IMG/VR virus record: IMGVR_UViG_3300036852_000233 | Coordinates: 1-53,713 of that record | Source: a virus | Taxonomy: Duplodnaviria > Caudoviricetes | Length of the DNA: 53,713 bases | Reading direction: 5' to 3' (one strand) | Shown: positions 8,538 through 17,469 of the stretch, piece after piece | How the letters are laid out: every line of letters starts with the position of its first letter | How positions within the stretch are numbered: position 1 is the first letter of the stretch | Made by a program: the position numbers and the translations under genes | Notes under the pieces: model-generated | Told to the model about the DNA's origin: nothing | What the model saw: only the letters and a program-made list of their open reading frames with translations | Database searches by the model: none

Positions 8538-9352
8538 CGGTCGCCCTCCCGCTGTGCCGCCCGGTCGAGGGCGTGGATGGGGTCGTCGCGTTCCTTGCCG
8601 CATGTCCGGCCACCCTGGACGAAGAGCAGGCAGAGGTTGCTGCGCTGCTCGGCGACAAACGGATGGGTCGGCACATCCTCCACGGCGGTCAGCGCGTGCA
8701 ACCGCTGGACCTCGTGGAGGATGGCGTATCCTCTGGCGGGCCCGTCGACCTGTTCGATCACCTGCTGAATGTTGAACAGGGTGAGGCAGGCTTGGCTGCG
8801 GGTAGGGCCGATGGGTGACTCGTCAAGGAACTGCTGCACCTTGGCGACCTGCACCTCGAGGGCGGCGTGCCGGTCCCGGGTGGCCTGGAGCTGCTCCAGT
8901 AACTCACCGATGCGCCGCTCGGACTTCTGGGCCAGGGTTCGCCAGCCGTCGATATCCGAGCGGGCGGCCTGGAGCAGGACCGGGGCCGCGGTCTCCACTG
9001 CGATGCGGGCGACCTGGGCCCACGGGTCGGACAGGCCGATGGCTGGGTGCTGATCGCAGAGCGCCGTGGTGGCCGCCTGGATGGCCTGGTGAAGGTCGGT
9101 GGTGGTCTGCTCGACCGTGGGGTCGGCCTTCTCGAACTTGGTGCAGGTGCAGTCGGTCACGCGGCATGGACCGGTTATCGGCGTGTCCCACAAGATCATG
9201 TGGCTTCGTTCTCCGTGGCCACAGGTAATGCAGGCATCGACCGGTTCGGTTTGCACGTAGGCGGCGCAGGTACAACCGGGAATGGCGCAGGTGGAGGCAC
9301 CGGGGACATGCGTAGCCCGTTCGTGGCCGCAGGTGAGGCAGGCGTCAGCCAC
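8534..9352 (-). CDS. Hypothetical protein with tandem Cys/His Zn-binding repeats and coiled coil
   Basis: Two CxTCGH-x3-H...C-x4-CTC units. Confidence 0.65.
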   Translation of the reverse strand: MADACLTCGHERATHVPGASTCAIPGCTCAAYVQTEPVDACITCGHGERSHMILWDTPITGPCRVTDCTCTKFEKADPTVEQTTTDLHQAIQAATTALCDQHPAIGLSDPWAQVARIAVETAAPVLLQAARSDIDGWRTLAQKSERRIGELLEQLQATRDRHAALEVQVAKVQQFLDESPIGPTRSQACLTLFNIQQVIEQVDGPARGYAILHEVQRLHALTAVEDVPTHPFVAEQRSNLCLLFVQGGRTCGKERDDPIHALDRAAQREGDR

Positions 9353-9563
9353 TGCGACCACGCTCGGAGGCCAGATACGTCCGGAGCAGGGTGAGATCCA
9401 GCCCGGCCATGTCATGGATGCCCCACACCAGCATGGGAATGATGGCGTCGGCGAACCGGTCGACTTCGGCGCGCAGGCGGTGAAGCTCCGCGGTGGAGGG
9501 GTCGTGGGTCCATACCAGCCGGCCGGCGTCTGTCCAGGTGACGGCGGCGGATCGTTCAGGCAT
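9345..9563 (-). CDS. Hypothetical protein
   Basis: GGAGGTGA upstream; overlap coupling. Confidence 0.45.
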   Translation of the reverse strand: MPERSAAVTWTDAGRLVWTHDPSTAELHRLRAEVDRFADAIIPMLVWGIHDMAGLDLTLLRTYLASERGRSG

Positions 9564-10470
9564 CGGCCTCGTCACCTCCCACGGGTTCGTCCAGCGCGGG
9601 GGTCGTCGCGGACTCTTGGGACCCTTCCCCGTTCTCATCCCGTCGGTCTGCTCGCCCCGGGCTGGACGTCTGGTCGGCACCGGGGCGGGGGGAGTGCCCC
9701 GCTGCCGGCGTGTTGGCACCAGCCGGCCGGCCAGGGTCGCCGTCGTCACCGGCCGGCCGGCTGGAACCCTGCTCCCGCTCGATCGCGCGGCGGAGCTGAT
9801 TCAGCTGCCCCTTCGCGAGTGGACGGGTGTAGCCCTTCGACTCGAGCCAGGTGGCGACCCACTCCCGCAGGCCGCGCTGCTGGATGAGCTCGCCAAGGTC
9901 GGCGTGTGCGCGCTGCTGCTCCGCGAGGTCCTTCCATCCGGGCGCGACGCCCTTGCCACCGGAGACGGTCTCCCCGCGGGCCGCGGCGGCCTCCATCTCC
10001 TCGGCGGGAGTGGTGTCGTAGCCGGCGAGCTTCATGACGAACCCGAGCGGCATCCGCAGCGCCTTGGAGGACGCACGGGTCTGGCACATGCTGATGAGTT
10101 GGAACGCGGGGGCTTCCAGCCACTTGCGCTTCCCGCCGACTTCCTCGTTGCGCATGACGACCGCGTCGGCGCGGCCGACCAGCGCGCCGGCCAGGGTGCG
10201 GGCTTCGACGGTGGCGCCGTAGCCGGCATCGTCGCCGATCTCCCACGTGCGGACGGTGGTCGCGAACACCCCCAGCATGGTCCCGGCCAGCGTCCATCCT
10301 TCGAGGTAGACGTGTTCGGAGGCGCCGATGCGTTTGATGAGATTGCGTTCGCGAATGAGTGGGGCAATCACGTCGGCGATGGCGGTCGCTCTGGCGACGA
10401 TGGCGTGTGGGGTCGCGTCGCCGAACAGAGTCAACGTCTGCCGGTCGGGATTCAGGTCGAGGTCGCTCAT
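9556..10470 (-). CDS. Probable single-strand annealing/recombination protein
   Basis: SMCQTRASSKALR..L.F...AGY.TTPAEEM resembles phage annealing proteins; same operon as exonuclease. Confidence 0.55.
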   Translation of the reverse strand: MSDLDLNPDRQTLTLFGDATPHAIVARATAIADVIAPLIRERNLIKRIGASEHVYLEGWTLAGTMLGVFATTVRTWEIGDDAGYGATVEARTLAGALVGRADAVVMRNEEVGGKRKWLEAPAFQLISMCQTRASSKALRMPLGFVMKLAGYDTTPAEEMEAAAARGETVSGGKGVAPGWKDLAEQQRAHADLGELIQQRGLREWVATWLESKGYTRPLAKGQLNQLRRAIEREQGSSRPAGDDGDPGRPAGANTPAAGHSPRPGADQTSSPGRADRRDENGEGSQESATTPALDEPVGGDEADA

Positions 10471-10679
10471 GCATGAGCCCTTTCAAGTGCATCCAGCGTG
10501 CGGTCGTCGAACTCGATCAGTTCTGCGGCGGTGAAGGTCGGCAGCCGCCCAGCTCGACGGGCACGGGCCAGCTGGCCGACAATGCCCGGGGCTTGGATGC
10601 CGTGCTTGCGGCCGCCGCAGTCGGCGCAGCGGCACCGCTGCGGGTCGCTGGTGGAATGCTCGCAGCGAAGGTTATGCAT
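10467..10679 (-). CDS. Small Cys-rich hypothetical protein
   Basis: CRC..CGG..HG; AGGAG RBS. Confidence 0.55.
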   Translation of the reverse strand: MHNLRCEHSTSDPQRCRCADCGGRKHGIQAPGIVGQLARARRAGRLPTFTAAELIEFDDRTLDALERAHA

Positions 10680-10688
10680 CGGGTGCTC

Positions 10689-10925
10689 CTAGTTCATGTC
10701 GGGCCAGTAGCCGGCCGGCGGGTGCGCCAGCGCGGCATCTGTGGTGGTGGGGTCGTCGTCGGGGTCGTCGTGGAGAAGGTGATCGAACAGGTCGTCGGAG
10801 AGGTCCGCGGTCGCGCGTGCGAGGAATTCGGCGAGCAGGCGGATCTGGTGTCGCTGCCGCCGGTACATCCACAGCGCGCCGAGGAGGAACGCGCCGGCCA
10901 GCTGCGCCGCCAGGTCCCAGTTCAC
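10689..10925 (-). CDS. Small membrane protein
   Basis: N-terminal hydrophobic helix; GGAGG RBS. Confidence 0.6.
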   Translation of the reverse strand: MNWDLAAQLAGAFLLGALWMYRRQRHQIRLLAEFLARATADLSDDLFDHLLHDDPDDDPTTTDAALAHPPAGYWPDMN

Positions 10926-11153
10926 GACTGTGGCCTCCGTTCGGCGAGTAGGGTGATCTGCCGTTCATGCTCGAGGCAGTAGCGTGCGCCGGGGCTGAGC
11001 GGCCGTCCGCAGGTCCACTCGGTGAACGGTTCGCTGGTCATGTCCCACCAAGTCGCGCGGCATTCCCCGTTCCCGCGTGGTTTGCGGGTGCGGATTCCGG
11101 TCCCCTGGCAGTAGGAGCAGACGGACCGGACCGGCGGACCGGCGGAACGGCGG

Positions 11154-11501
11154 TCATGCGGGCCTCCGAAGGTTCCGGCGGACCTTGTACCGCTCCTGGG
11201 GCAACATGCCGCCCCACACGCCGTGCACCTCGCCAGTGGCCAGCGCCCACGCCAAGCACTCGTGCAGTGCCGGACAGCGGGACTTGCACAGCTTCTTGGC
11301 GTGCTCCGCGTCCTTCAAGTCCAGGCCGAGCTCCCGGTCTGGCGCGAACCAGATGTTGGGGTCGTACTGCTCATGGTCCTGGCAGGGCAGCCCAGCGCCG
11401 AAGTCTGGGGCGGGCCTGCCGAGTGGCAGGTTGACACCGGGGGGGCGGTGGAGATTCCCGACCGGCTTGGCGAGGCCGGCGAGGCTGGTCGCGCGGGTCA
11501 T
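11154..11501 (-). CDS. whiB: WhiB-family transcription factor
   Basis: C...WF...AKKLC..CP...ECL.WAL...E.HGVWGG....ER. Confidence 0.92.
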   Translation of the reverse strand: MTRATSLAGLAKPVGNLHRPPGVNLPLGRPAPDFGAGLPCQDHEQYDPNIWFAPDRELGLDLKDAEHAKKLCKSRCPALHECLAWALATGEVHGVWGGMLPQERYKVRRNLRRPA

Positions 11502-11722
11502 GGCTCGCCATCCGTGGGGATGAATTCGACCCGGCCACCACAGTTCGGGCAGGGGTCGCGGACGGCTGCGGCAGGATCGAAGAAGAACCCTTCGCTGGGG
11601 CTGGTCCGAGGCCAACGTTCGCCTGTCCAGCCGCAGGGTGCACGGACGGTACGCATGTCGCACGGTTGCCCTATCCCCGGTGGGAGGACGGTCCGGCCGG
11701 CACAGCGAACATTGGCGCTCAT
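11498..11722 (-). CDS. Small Zn-ribbon protein, paralog of 2578-2763
   Basis: VRC...PCGWTG.R...CPNCGG.V. Confidence 0.6.
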   Translation of the reverse strand: MSANVRCAGRTVLPPGIGQPCDMRTVRAPCGWTGERWPRTSPSEGFFFDPAAAVRDPCPNCGGRVEFIPTDGEP

Positions 11723-11961
11723 TGCGCACTGTCCAGCTCGACCTCGGCTGGTGGAACCCAGCCGCCGGAGATGGCGAGGGTGACGCCGCCCTCGAGGATG
11801 GCCAGCGCAGCCTCGTCGGTGGCCCATTCCTGGTCGGGGAGCTCAGCGAGCTGCTGGAGGGTCTGGCGGCTGGCGAACCGGCCGACGAACCGGCCCGTCC
11901 GGGGGTCGCGGCGACGATTGCCATACGGCGATGGCGCCTTCGGCGCTGTTGGTACCATCAC
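11719..11961 (-). CDS. Hypothetical protein
   Basis: RDPRTGRF motif; coupling. Confidence 0.5.
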   Translation of the reverse strand: MMVPTAPKAPSPYGNRRRDPRTGRFVGRFASRQTLQQLAELPDQEWATDEAALAILEGGVTLAISGGWVPPAEVELDSAQ

Positions 11962-11989
11962 TTGCCCCCCATGGCCTCGTCGGCGGCGG

Positions 11990-12349
11990 TCATGAGGTCT
12001 CCTCGGAGAGCTTGGCGACGAGGTGGTCGTAGATGACGATGTCGCGCTCTTGATGCACGCAGGGCGCCAACCATCGGGTCGAGCAGTTGTGACCGCGGGT
12101 CGACTCGATGATCTTCCGGGCGGCGCGGAGTTCCTCCCGTACGGCACGCAGCTCGGCATGCTCGGCCTCATGTTTGGCTGCCTGTTCCGCGTATGCCTGC
12201 TCCCAGCGCGACACGGCTGTGATCGCGGTCTCACGGGCGTTCTGGCACTCCTCGAGTTCAAGGCGGAGCCGGTCGACCGCCTCGCGGAGCAGGGTCTCGT
12301 TGCGGGTGGGTGGCGGTGGCCCGCCAGCGTTCCCGAGCACATGCGGCAT
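11990..12349 (-). CDS. Coiled-coil hypothetical protein
   Basis: GGAGG RBS; TGATG coupling. Confidence 0.6.
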   Translation of the reverse strand: MPHVLGNAGGPPPPTRNETLLREAVDRLRLELEECQNARETAITAVSRWEQAYAEQAAKHEAEHAELRAVREELRAARKIIESTRGHNCSTRWLAPCVHQERDIVIYDHLVAKLSEETS

Positions 12350-12579
12350 CAGCGGCTCGCCTCCCCGGTGACCTTGTCGTAGGCGATGACGGCCGTCGTG
12401 ACAGCGCGGATCACATCCGTCGACCCAGCAGCCTCGCCATCACGCAGCCAACCGCGGGTTGCCTCAATGACCTCCCGTGCGGCGTGCAACTCGGCGACCA
12501 CGGGTGGCACGTACTGGCGGACCCATCCATCAGGCGCGAAGGTCCCCACCATCTCTTCGAGCTTGTCGAGGTCGATCAT
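12349..12579 (-). CDS. Hypothetical protein
   Basis: AGGAGG RBS; coupling. Confidence 0.6.
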   Translation of the reverse strand: MIDLDKLEEMVGTFAPDGWVRQYVPPVVAELHAAREVIEATRGWLRDGEAAGSTDVIRAVTTAVIAYDKVTGEASR

Positions 12580-12887
12580 TCGGCGACCTCCTGGTGGAGC
12601 AGATCGGCAAGGCGCTGGTTAGCCCGCTCGATCATGGCGAGCCGCTCCGGTGTCTCGTCCTCGCGGTAGCAATCCACGTAGAGGCGATAACGATCGAACT
12701 CGGGTGGGTTGACGTAGCACGTGCGGAACTTGCCGCCGAAGCCGAGCGCGCCCTGGAAGCGGTACTCGATGCCACCGTCACCACGGCGGATGTCATGGCG
12801 CAGGAGCGTCCGGAACATCTCGCGGCCGTCCTCTCGGGCGCCGCACTCCTCAACGAGGATCGTGTAGGCCGCGTCCAAATCAAGCAT
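12576..12887 (-). CDS. Phage hypothetical protein
   Basis: EYRFQGALGFGGKFR...YVDCYREDETPER; flanked by a 26-bp direct repeat. Confidence 0.7.
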   Translation of the reverse strand: MLDLDAAYTILVEECGAREDGREMFRTLLRHDIRRGDGGIEYRFQGALGFGGKFRTCYVNPPEFDRYRLYVDCYREDETPERLAMIERANQRLADLLHQEVAE

Positions 12888-13074
12888 CGGTGACCTCCTG
12901 GTGGAGCAGATCCTGCCGACACGAGTCCAGGTCGCGGGTGAGTTCGTCCGCCAGCCGCCGGTACTTCTCCCGCAACTGGCGGGGCAACTGGGGGTCATCG
13001 CACATGGCGACCCTGCGGAGCCACCGGGCGGGGATGATCAGGTCACGATGGGTGACCCGGGTCGCGGAGGTCAT
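12880..13074 (-). CDS. Hypothetical protein
   Basis: GGAGGA RBS; coupling. Confidence 0.55.
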   Translation of the reverse strand: MTSATRVTHRDLIIPARWLRRVAMCDDPQLPRQLREKYRRLADELTRDLDSCRQDLLHQEVTDA

Positions 13075-13301
13075 GAGGATTCCTCCCCGGGGTCGCTGTT
13101 CATCTCCAGTTCGGCGGCGGTCATCGCTCGGTGATGCGCGCGTATCGTCTCCAGCGTCTTTAGCCGTTTGCGTGCTCTCCAGGTCTGATAGACCCGCTGT
13201 TGTGTGGGCCGACTTACCCGTGCCCAGTGCACCGGGCAGGCGAGCTTGTCCATGGCGACCTCGACCTCGCACCCATCCGCCGGGCAGACATGTGTCGCCA
13301 T
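13071..13301 (-). CDS. Small Zn-binding protein
   Basis: HVCPADGC...LACPVHW. Confidence 0.65.
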   Translation of the reverse strand: MATHVCPADGCEVEVAMDKLACPVHWARVSRPTQQRVYQTWRARKRLKTLETIRAHHRAMTAAELEMNSDPGEESS

Positions 13302-13501
13302 CAGCGCACCTCCGCGGCGTGGAGGCGACGATGGGTGACCACCGCGGCGACCGCGGCGGCCAGGTCGTTGCGGATCTGGTGACGGTCCCCGCTTGGGATG
13401 AGGTCGCCGAGGAGGCACAGCCGCAGCAGCGCGTCGTCGATGCGGGCCATGGCGATGTCGAGTTCGACGGTGCTCGGCAGCGGCGGCGCGGCGACGGTCA
13501 T
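13301..13501 (-). CDS. Hypothetical protein
   Basis: TGATG coupling. Confidence 0.5.
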   Translation of the reverse strand: MTVAAPPLPSTVELDIAMARIDDALLRLCLLGDLIPSGDRHQIRNDLAAAVAAVVTHRRLHAAEVR

Positions 13502-13743
13502 CACGCACCCACCTCTTCGCCGGTGCGTTCGTTGCGGGCCACCATCAACCCCCGGACTGCGGACTCGGGGATCCGGCGGTGTCCGCCGGGGGTGTGGATG
13601 CTGGGGATCTTGCCGGCCTTGCACCAGGCGAGCACCGCGCGGGGTGACACGTTCAGCTGGTGGGCGACCTCGCTGGGCTTCAGCAGGCGCTCCTGGTCGC
13701 CTACCTCCGGGGGGCGTCGCCAGGGACGCTGGGTCTGTGTCAT
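13501..13743 (-). CDS. Excisionase/MerR-like (HTH_17/BldC-type) DNA-binding protein
   Basis: LLKPSEVAHQLNVSPRAVLAWCKAGKIPSIHTPGGHRRI. Confidence 0.85.
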   Translation of the reverse strand: MTQTQRPWRRPPEVGDQERLLKPSEVAHQLNVSPRAVLAWCKAGKIPSIHTPGGHRRIPESAVRGLMVARNERTGEEVGA

Positions 13744-14021
13744 ATACTGTCCTCCTGGGGTTCCAGTTGGCGCCGCCGGTCTCTCCACAGGCTCGGCGGC
13801 GTCGGCGTTAGTGGCCGTTGGCGTTGCTTCGGTCGTGGCGCATGTAGACCAGATAGCTCACCGGCATCACCCCCCGGTCTTGCGGTAGGTGGTGGGGTCG
13901 CCGACCCGGTAGGGCGGCGTCGGCGGGGTTGGGCGGTGGCCGGCGCGGATGAACCGGCCGACCCCGACCGCCAGCAGCAGCGAGCCGGCCAGGTAGCCGA
14001 CGACGATCAGCGCGACGGTCA

Positions 14022-14285
14022 TCACGCCCATCCCTGCAACTGGACCGGCGGGTCGCCACCGCGGGCATGCCGGACCACGTCATGCAGGTCCGGTGGGGTG
14101 TGGTCCTGGCGAGGCGGCTTCGGCAGGTACGGGGCGAGGTCCTCGTCGAGGAAGCTCTGGAACTTGTAGAAGCTGTGCTCCAGGTTCGAGCGCATGCGCT
14201 CGTCGGGGACTTCCATGATCTCCCGGTAAAGCTGGGCGCGTTTCTTGATGGTCGCCTCGCCGAGCAGCGGGTCAACGTGGTACAT
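14022..14285 (-). CDS. Hypothetical protein
   Basis: GGAG RBS; high-GC3 codons. Confidence 0.6.
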   Translation of the reverse strand: MYHVDPLLGEATIKKRAQLYREIMEVPDERMRSNLEHSFYKFQSFLDEDLAPYLPKPPRQDHTPPDLHDVVRHARGGDPPVQLQGWA

Positions 14286-14303
14286 GGCGTCTCCGTTCGT
14301 CGT

Positions 14304-14552
14304 TCACCAGAACAGGCCCTTTCCCCCACCCGGGTCGTCCCGGTCCTGGTCGCTGGTCCACCCCTCAGCGTCGAACCCGTAATGCTGCTTGGCGTAGTGG
14401 CGGGTCTGCTGCTCGCGGGCTTCCCGCATGGTCGTGGCGGGCCGGCCCTGGTGGTCCCCCTCGGGACAGCTGGACTGGAACGGCTTGAGGTTGTCGCCGG
14501 TCTGGTTGACGTCGACGTTGGTGGGGACCTGGAAGAAGTCGGTGAGTCTCAT
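14304..14552 (-). CDS. Hypothetical protein
   Basis: MRLTDFFQ...; high-GC3 codons. Confidence 0.55.
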   Translation of the reverse strand: MRLTDFFQVPTNVDVNQTGDNLKPFQSSCPEGDHQGRPATTMREAREQQTRHYAKQHYGFDAEGWTSDQDRDDPGGGKGLFW

Positions 14553-14693
14553 AGCGCGCCGCCGCCGGTCTGGATGGTGGTGGCGTGCTGGCCGAGGAAC
14601 CGCATCCACATGTCGGCGGTGGAACCCAGGGCGGGCGGGCTGAGTGTTCGAGGCGGAGGTGCAACGACCCCCCGACCAAGAAGGGCGCGGTCG

Positions 14694-14987
14694 TTACCGA
14701 TTCCCGCCACCTCCGCCCGTACCGGCGGTGACGCTGGATGCAGCAGCGTCGGGGGTCACGGCCGCCCTGAACATTGGGGTCATACGGTCGGTGGGATTGG
14801 GCACCCAGGGGTCGGGTTCGCCCGGGGGGGGCGGCTCCCCGGGCGGCGACCAGGGGTCGTCCGGCTGGTCGCCGTTCGGGCCGGTGTCGGATGCCGGGGC
14901 GGGCTCCATCACCCGTCCGGGAGCGCGACGGCCCGCGCTCGGACCGGTGGGTGCTGTCCCCAGACTGGAGCCCGCCCCGGGGGTCAT
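14694..14987 (-). CDS. Pro/Gly-rich hypothetical protein
   Basis: GAGGAGG RBS; ATGA overlap. Confidence 0.4.
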   Translation of the reverse strand: MTPGAGSSLGTAPTGPSAGRRAPGRVMEPAPASDTGPNGDQPDDPWSPPGEPPPPGEPDPWVPNPTDRMTPMFRAAVTPDAAASSVTAGTGGGGGNR

Positions 14988-15163
14988 GCGGACCTCCTCG
15001 ACGACTTGGACCGTGCGAGGCGACGCAGGATCATCGCGGCCTCAAGTTCGGTGGTCTCGTCGATGAGGACCGCAGCGATCGCGCTTTTGATGGCGCCGGT
15101 GCGGACGCCCGCGTCGAGGGCGTCGCGGATGGCGCGGTAGAGGTCAACGGTGTCGTCGGTCAT
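14984..15163 (-). CDS. Small hypothetical protein (59 aa, not in ORF track)
   Basis: MTDDTVDLYRAIRDALDAG...; ATGA overlaps at both ends. Confidence 0.55.
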   Translation of the reverse strand: MTDDTVDLYRAIRDALDAGVRTGAIKSAIAAVLIDETTELEAAMILRRLARSKSSRRSA

Positions 15164-15759
15164 GGGATCTCCAATGGCAGCGTGGGGTGGTCGTCACGAC
15201 GCTTGTGGGAGCGGTGCTCCATCAGCCGTAGCGAGTCGGGGCTGCGGTCGAACCGCAGCAGCTCCACCAGTTCGGCGCGGCTAATCGTCTTGCGGTCCCA
15301 CTTGATAAGGTCGCTGGTGTCGGGTGTCGCGCCGGTCAACCGCAGGAGATGCACGCCAAAGCAGTGCACCTGCACGGGACGGCCAGCGAACGATGACCGG
15401 ACGATCCGCGAATTCTGGTCATGGCCATTCAGGAACTGGCCGTTGTCGCGCTGGACCTTCCAGGTATTGGTGCGCAGCAGGTCGTTGATGATCAGGTACA
15501 GGTCGCGGAGCTGCGCGTTGAGGTCCCGGCCGTGGGTTTTGATCTCGACGAGCATCAGATACTTCACATCGCGGTCGACGCGCGGGCCCTCTCGTGTACC
15601 GTAGCGATGCACCCAGAGGTCGCTATCGCCAATGCATAAGCACGCCTGGCGGCTGTCGAGATTCTCGTGGCTGCGGATCCATGCCTTGATCGGCGTCTCG
15701 GTGCTGACCGGCACACCGCAGCGGCCGCACGGGACGACTTCCCGCCAGGGTGTGGTCAT
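15160..15759 (-). CDS. PD-(D/E)XK-like nuclease-fold protein
   Basis: DSDLW...LMLVEIKTHG......Q. Confidence 0.5.
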   Translation of the reverse strand: MTTPWREVVPCGRCGVPVSTETPIKAWIRSHENLDSRQACLCIGDSDLWVHRYGTREGPRVDRDVKYLMLVEIKTHGRDLNAQLRDLYLIINDLLRTNTWKVQRDNGQFLNGHDQNSRIVRSSFAGRPVQVHCFGVHLLRLTGATPDTSDLIKWDRKTISRAELVELLRFDRSPDSLRLMEHRSHKRRDDHPTLPLEIP

Positions 15760-17249
15760 GCCAACCGCTCCCGCGCGGCGACAACCGTCTGCTCGTCGAT
15801 GTCGCAGCCGACGAACCTGCGGCCCAATTCCTTGCATGCCGCCGGGGTGGTCCCTGAGCCGACGAACGGGTCAACTACGAGATCGTCCGGCTTGGTCAGC
15901 TCGGCGATCCAGTAGGACGCCTCGGCCTCGGCCTGCTGCCAATCGTGGTCGGTCTTCTCCCGACTTCCGTCGGCGACGAAGTCCTTATGCCAGTTCGGCG
16001 GGTCGCCGTCGCCGTTGCGCATGACCAGCAACGGCTTCCAGCCGCATTGCACATGGGTGGCGTTCATGCGGAAGAACGCGCCGTCGTGGGCGACGGCGTA
16101 GCACCAGAACCATGACAGGCCGGCGTCGCGAAGCCGGTCGAGCACTTCTGGCAGGAGGTACTGCCCGGTGTAGGCGACCAGCAGACCGCCTGGCTTCAGT
16201 GCCTTGACGGCCAGCTCGCCGAGCTCGGACCAGCAGTCGATGAACTCGGCTGGGTAGGGCGGGTCGGTGAAGATCAGGTCGACTGAGCTGGGCTCCAGGT
16301 GGTCGAGCAGGTCGGCTGCGCGGCAGTGTTCGATCCGGATGCGGCCGCCGTCGGCCTGGTCGCGCCGTTCAGCCCAGAGGCGGATGAGGTCGGCGTGGTA
16401 GGCGCTGATCTTGCGGTGCTCCCAGGAGTCCCCGGTGGTGTTGGCCACCAGCCATGCGCGGAACTCTGCGGCATCCTGTTCGGTGCCGTTCTCGGCAATG
16501 GCGTCGAGGACCCGGTCGGCCTCCTCCACGAGTCGCTGCACTGCGGTCGGGGTCGGTCGCTCGTTGGAGAGATAGGCCTCAACGATCTTGCCTTGCGGGA
16601 GCCATGCGCCATGCTGCTCGGGGATCTCGAACTTGGCGACCTCGCCGACCGCCCGTGCGGTGTCCTTGACGGACCAGCTTTTCGCCAGGAATGCAGCGGC
16701 GAGCGCAGGCCAGCATTCTTCCGGAGCCTTGCTGACCTCATGGAGCTGCATCAGGCCGACGAATGCGGGAAACTGTACAATGTTTGTACACTTTTCGTAG
16801 ACCGCATAGGCGTCTCGGCGCTGGATCAACGAATTCACGTTCTTGTTGAGACGCCGCGCATATTCGCGTAGGCCACCCTTATTGCCACGACCACCAACGT
16901 GCCCGCGTTCCACGTAGTAGTGGACGTGGTGACCTTCTTCCAGGGCTGACAGCTCACCTTGGGTGTTGGTGAGGATGAGCTGCATGAACGCCTCATCGTC
17001 GTCCATGTCCCGCACCCAACACGGCACCGTTTCGAGCCGGCACCGCTTGGCGGCCTCGTGACGATGGTGGCCGGAGATGATCTGCCAACCGTCGCCGACC
17101 GGCCGGACGAGGAGCGCATGCTCGGGGCCGAAGCCGCTGCGGGTGATCTCGGCAGCGATCTGCGTGACGATATCCTCGCGGATCTGTAGCCGCGGGTTGT
17201 CCGGATGTGGCCGCAGGTCGGCGATGAGGAGGTCGCAGAGCTCGCTCAT
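15756..17249 (-). CDS. ParB/Srx N-terminal domain fused to N6/N4 DNA methyltransferase
   Basis: LRPHPDNPR...IISGHHR; IFTDPPY; VVDPFVGSGTT. Confidence 0.88.
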   Translation of the reverse strand: MSELCDLLIADLRPHPDNPRLQIREDIVTQIAAEITRSGFGPEHALLVRPVGDGWQIISGHHRHEAAKRCRLETVPCWVRDMDDDEAFMQLILTNTQGELSALEEGHHVHYYVERGHVGGRGNKGGLREYARRLNKNVNSLIQRRDAYAVYEKCTNIVQFPAFVGLMQLHEVSKAPEECWPALAAAFLAKSWSVKDTARAVGEVAKFEIPEQHGAWLPQGKIVEAYLSNERPTPTAVQRLVEEADRVLDAIAENGTEQDAAEFRAWLVANTTGDSWEHRKISAYHADLIRLWAERRDQADGGRIRIEHCRAADLLDHLEPSSVDLIFTDPPYPAEFIDCWSELGELAVKALKPGGLLVAYTGQYLLPEVLDRLRDAGLSWFWCYAVAHDGAFFRMNATHVQCGWKPLLVMRNGDGDPPNWHKDFVADGSREKTDHDWQQAEAEASYWIAELTKPDDLVVDPFVGSGTTPAACKELGRRFVGCDIDEQTVVAARERLA

Positions 17250-17461
17250 GAGGCCTGCTCCGCCGGCTCCGGCTCGGCCTTGGCTTCCTCGACGGTCACG
17301 CCGAGCGCCCTGGCGATGGCCTCCCAGGTCTCCTCGTTCGACTCGCCGCGGTATTCGCGTTCGGTCTCGCTGACGGTCTGGACGTGCAGGCCCGCCCGGA
17401 AGGCGAGCTGCTGCTGTGACCAGCCCTTGGCCCGTCGAAGCTGGGCGACTCGGTTTGCCAC
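17246..17461 (-). CDS. Cro-like XRE HTH regulator
   Basis: LRRAKGWSQQQLAFRAGLHVQTVSETER; divergent from repressor. Confidence 0.85.
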   Translation of the reverse strand: MANRVAQLRRAKGWSQQQLAFRAGLHVQTVSETEREYRGESNEETWEAIARALGVTVEEAKAEPEPAEQAS

Positions 17462-17469
17462 GTCCGGTT

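Noticed and set aside
14560-14690. tRNA-like element (GGGTTCCACCGCC plus hairpin)
   Set aside because: Could not fold a cloverleaf; no tRNA gene was recognised anywhere in the window
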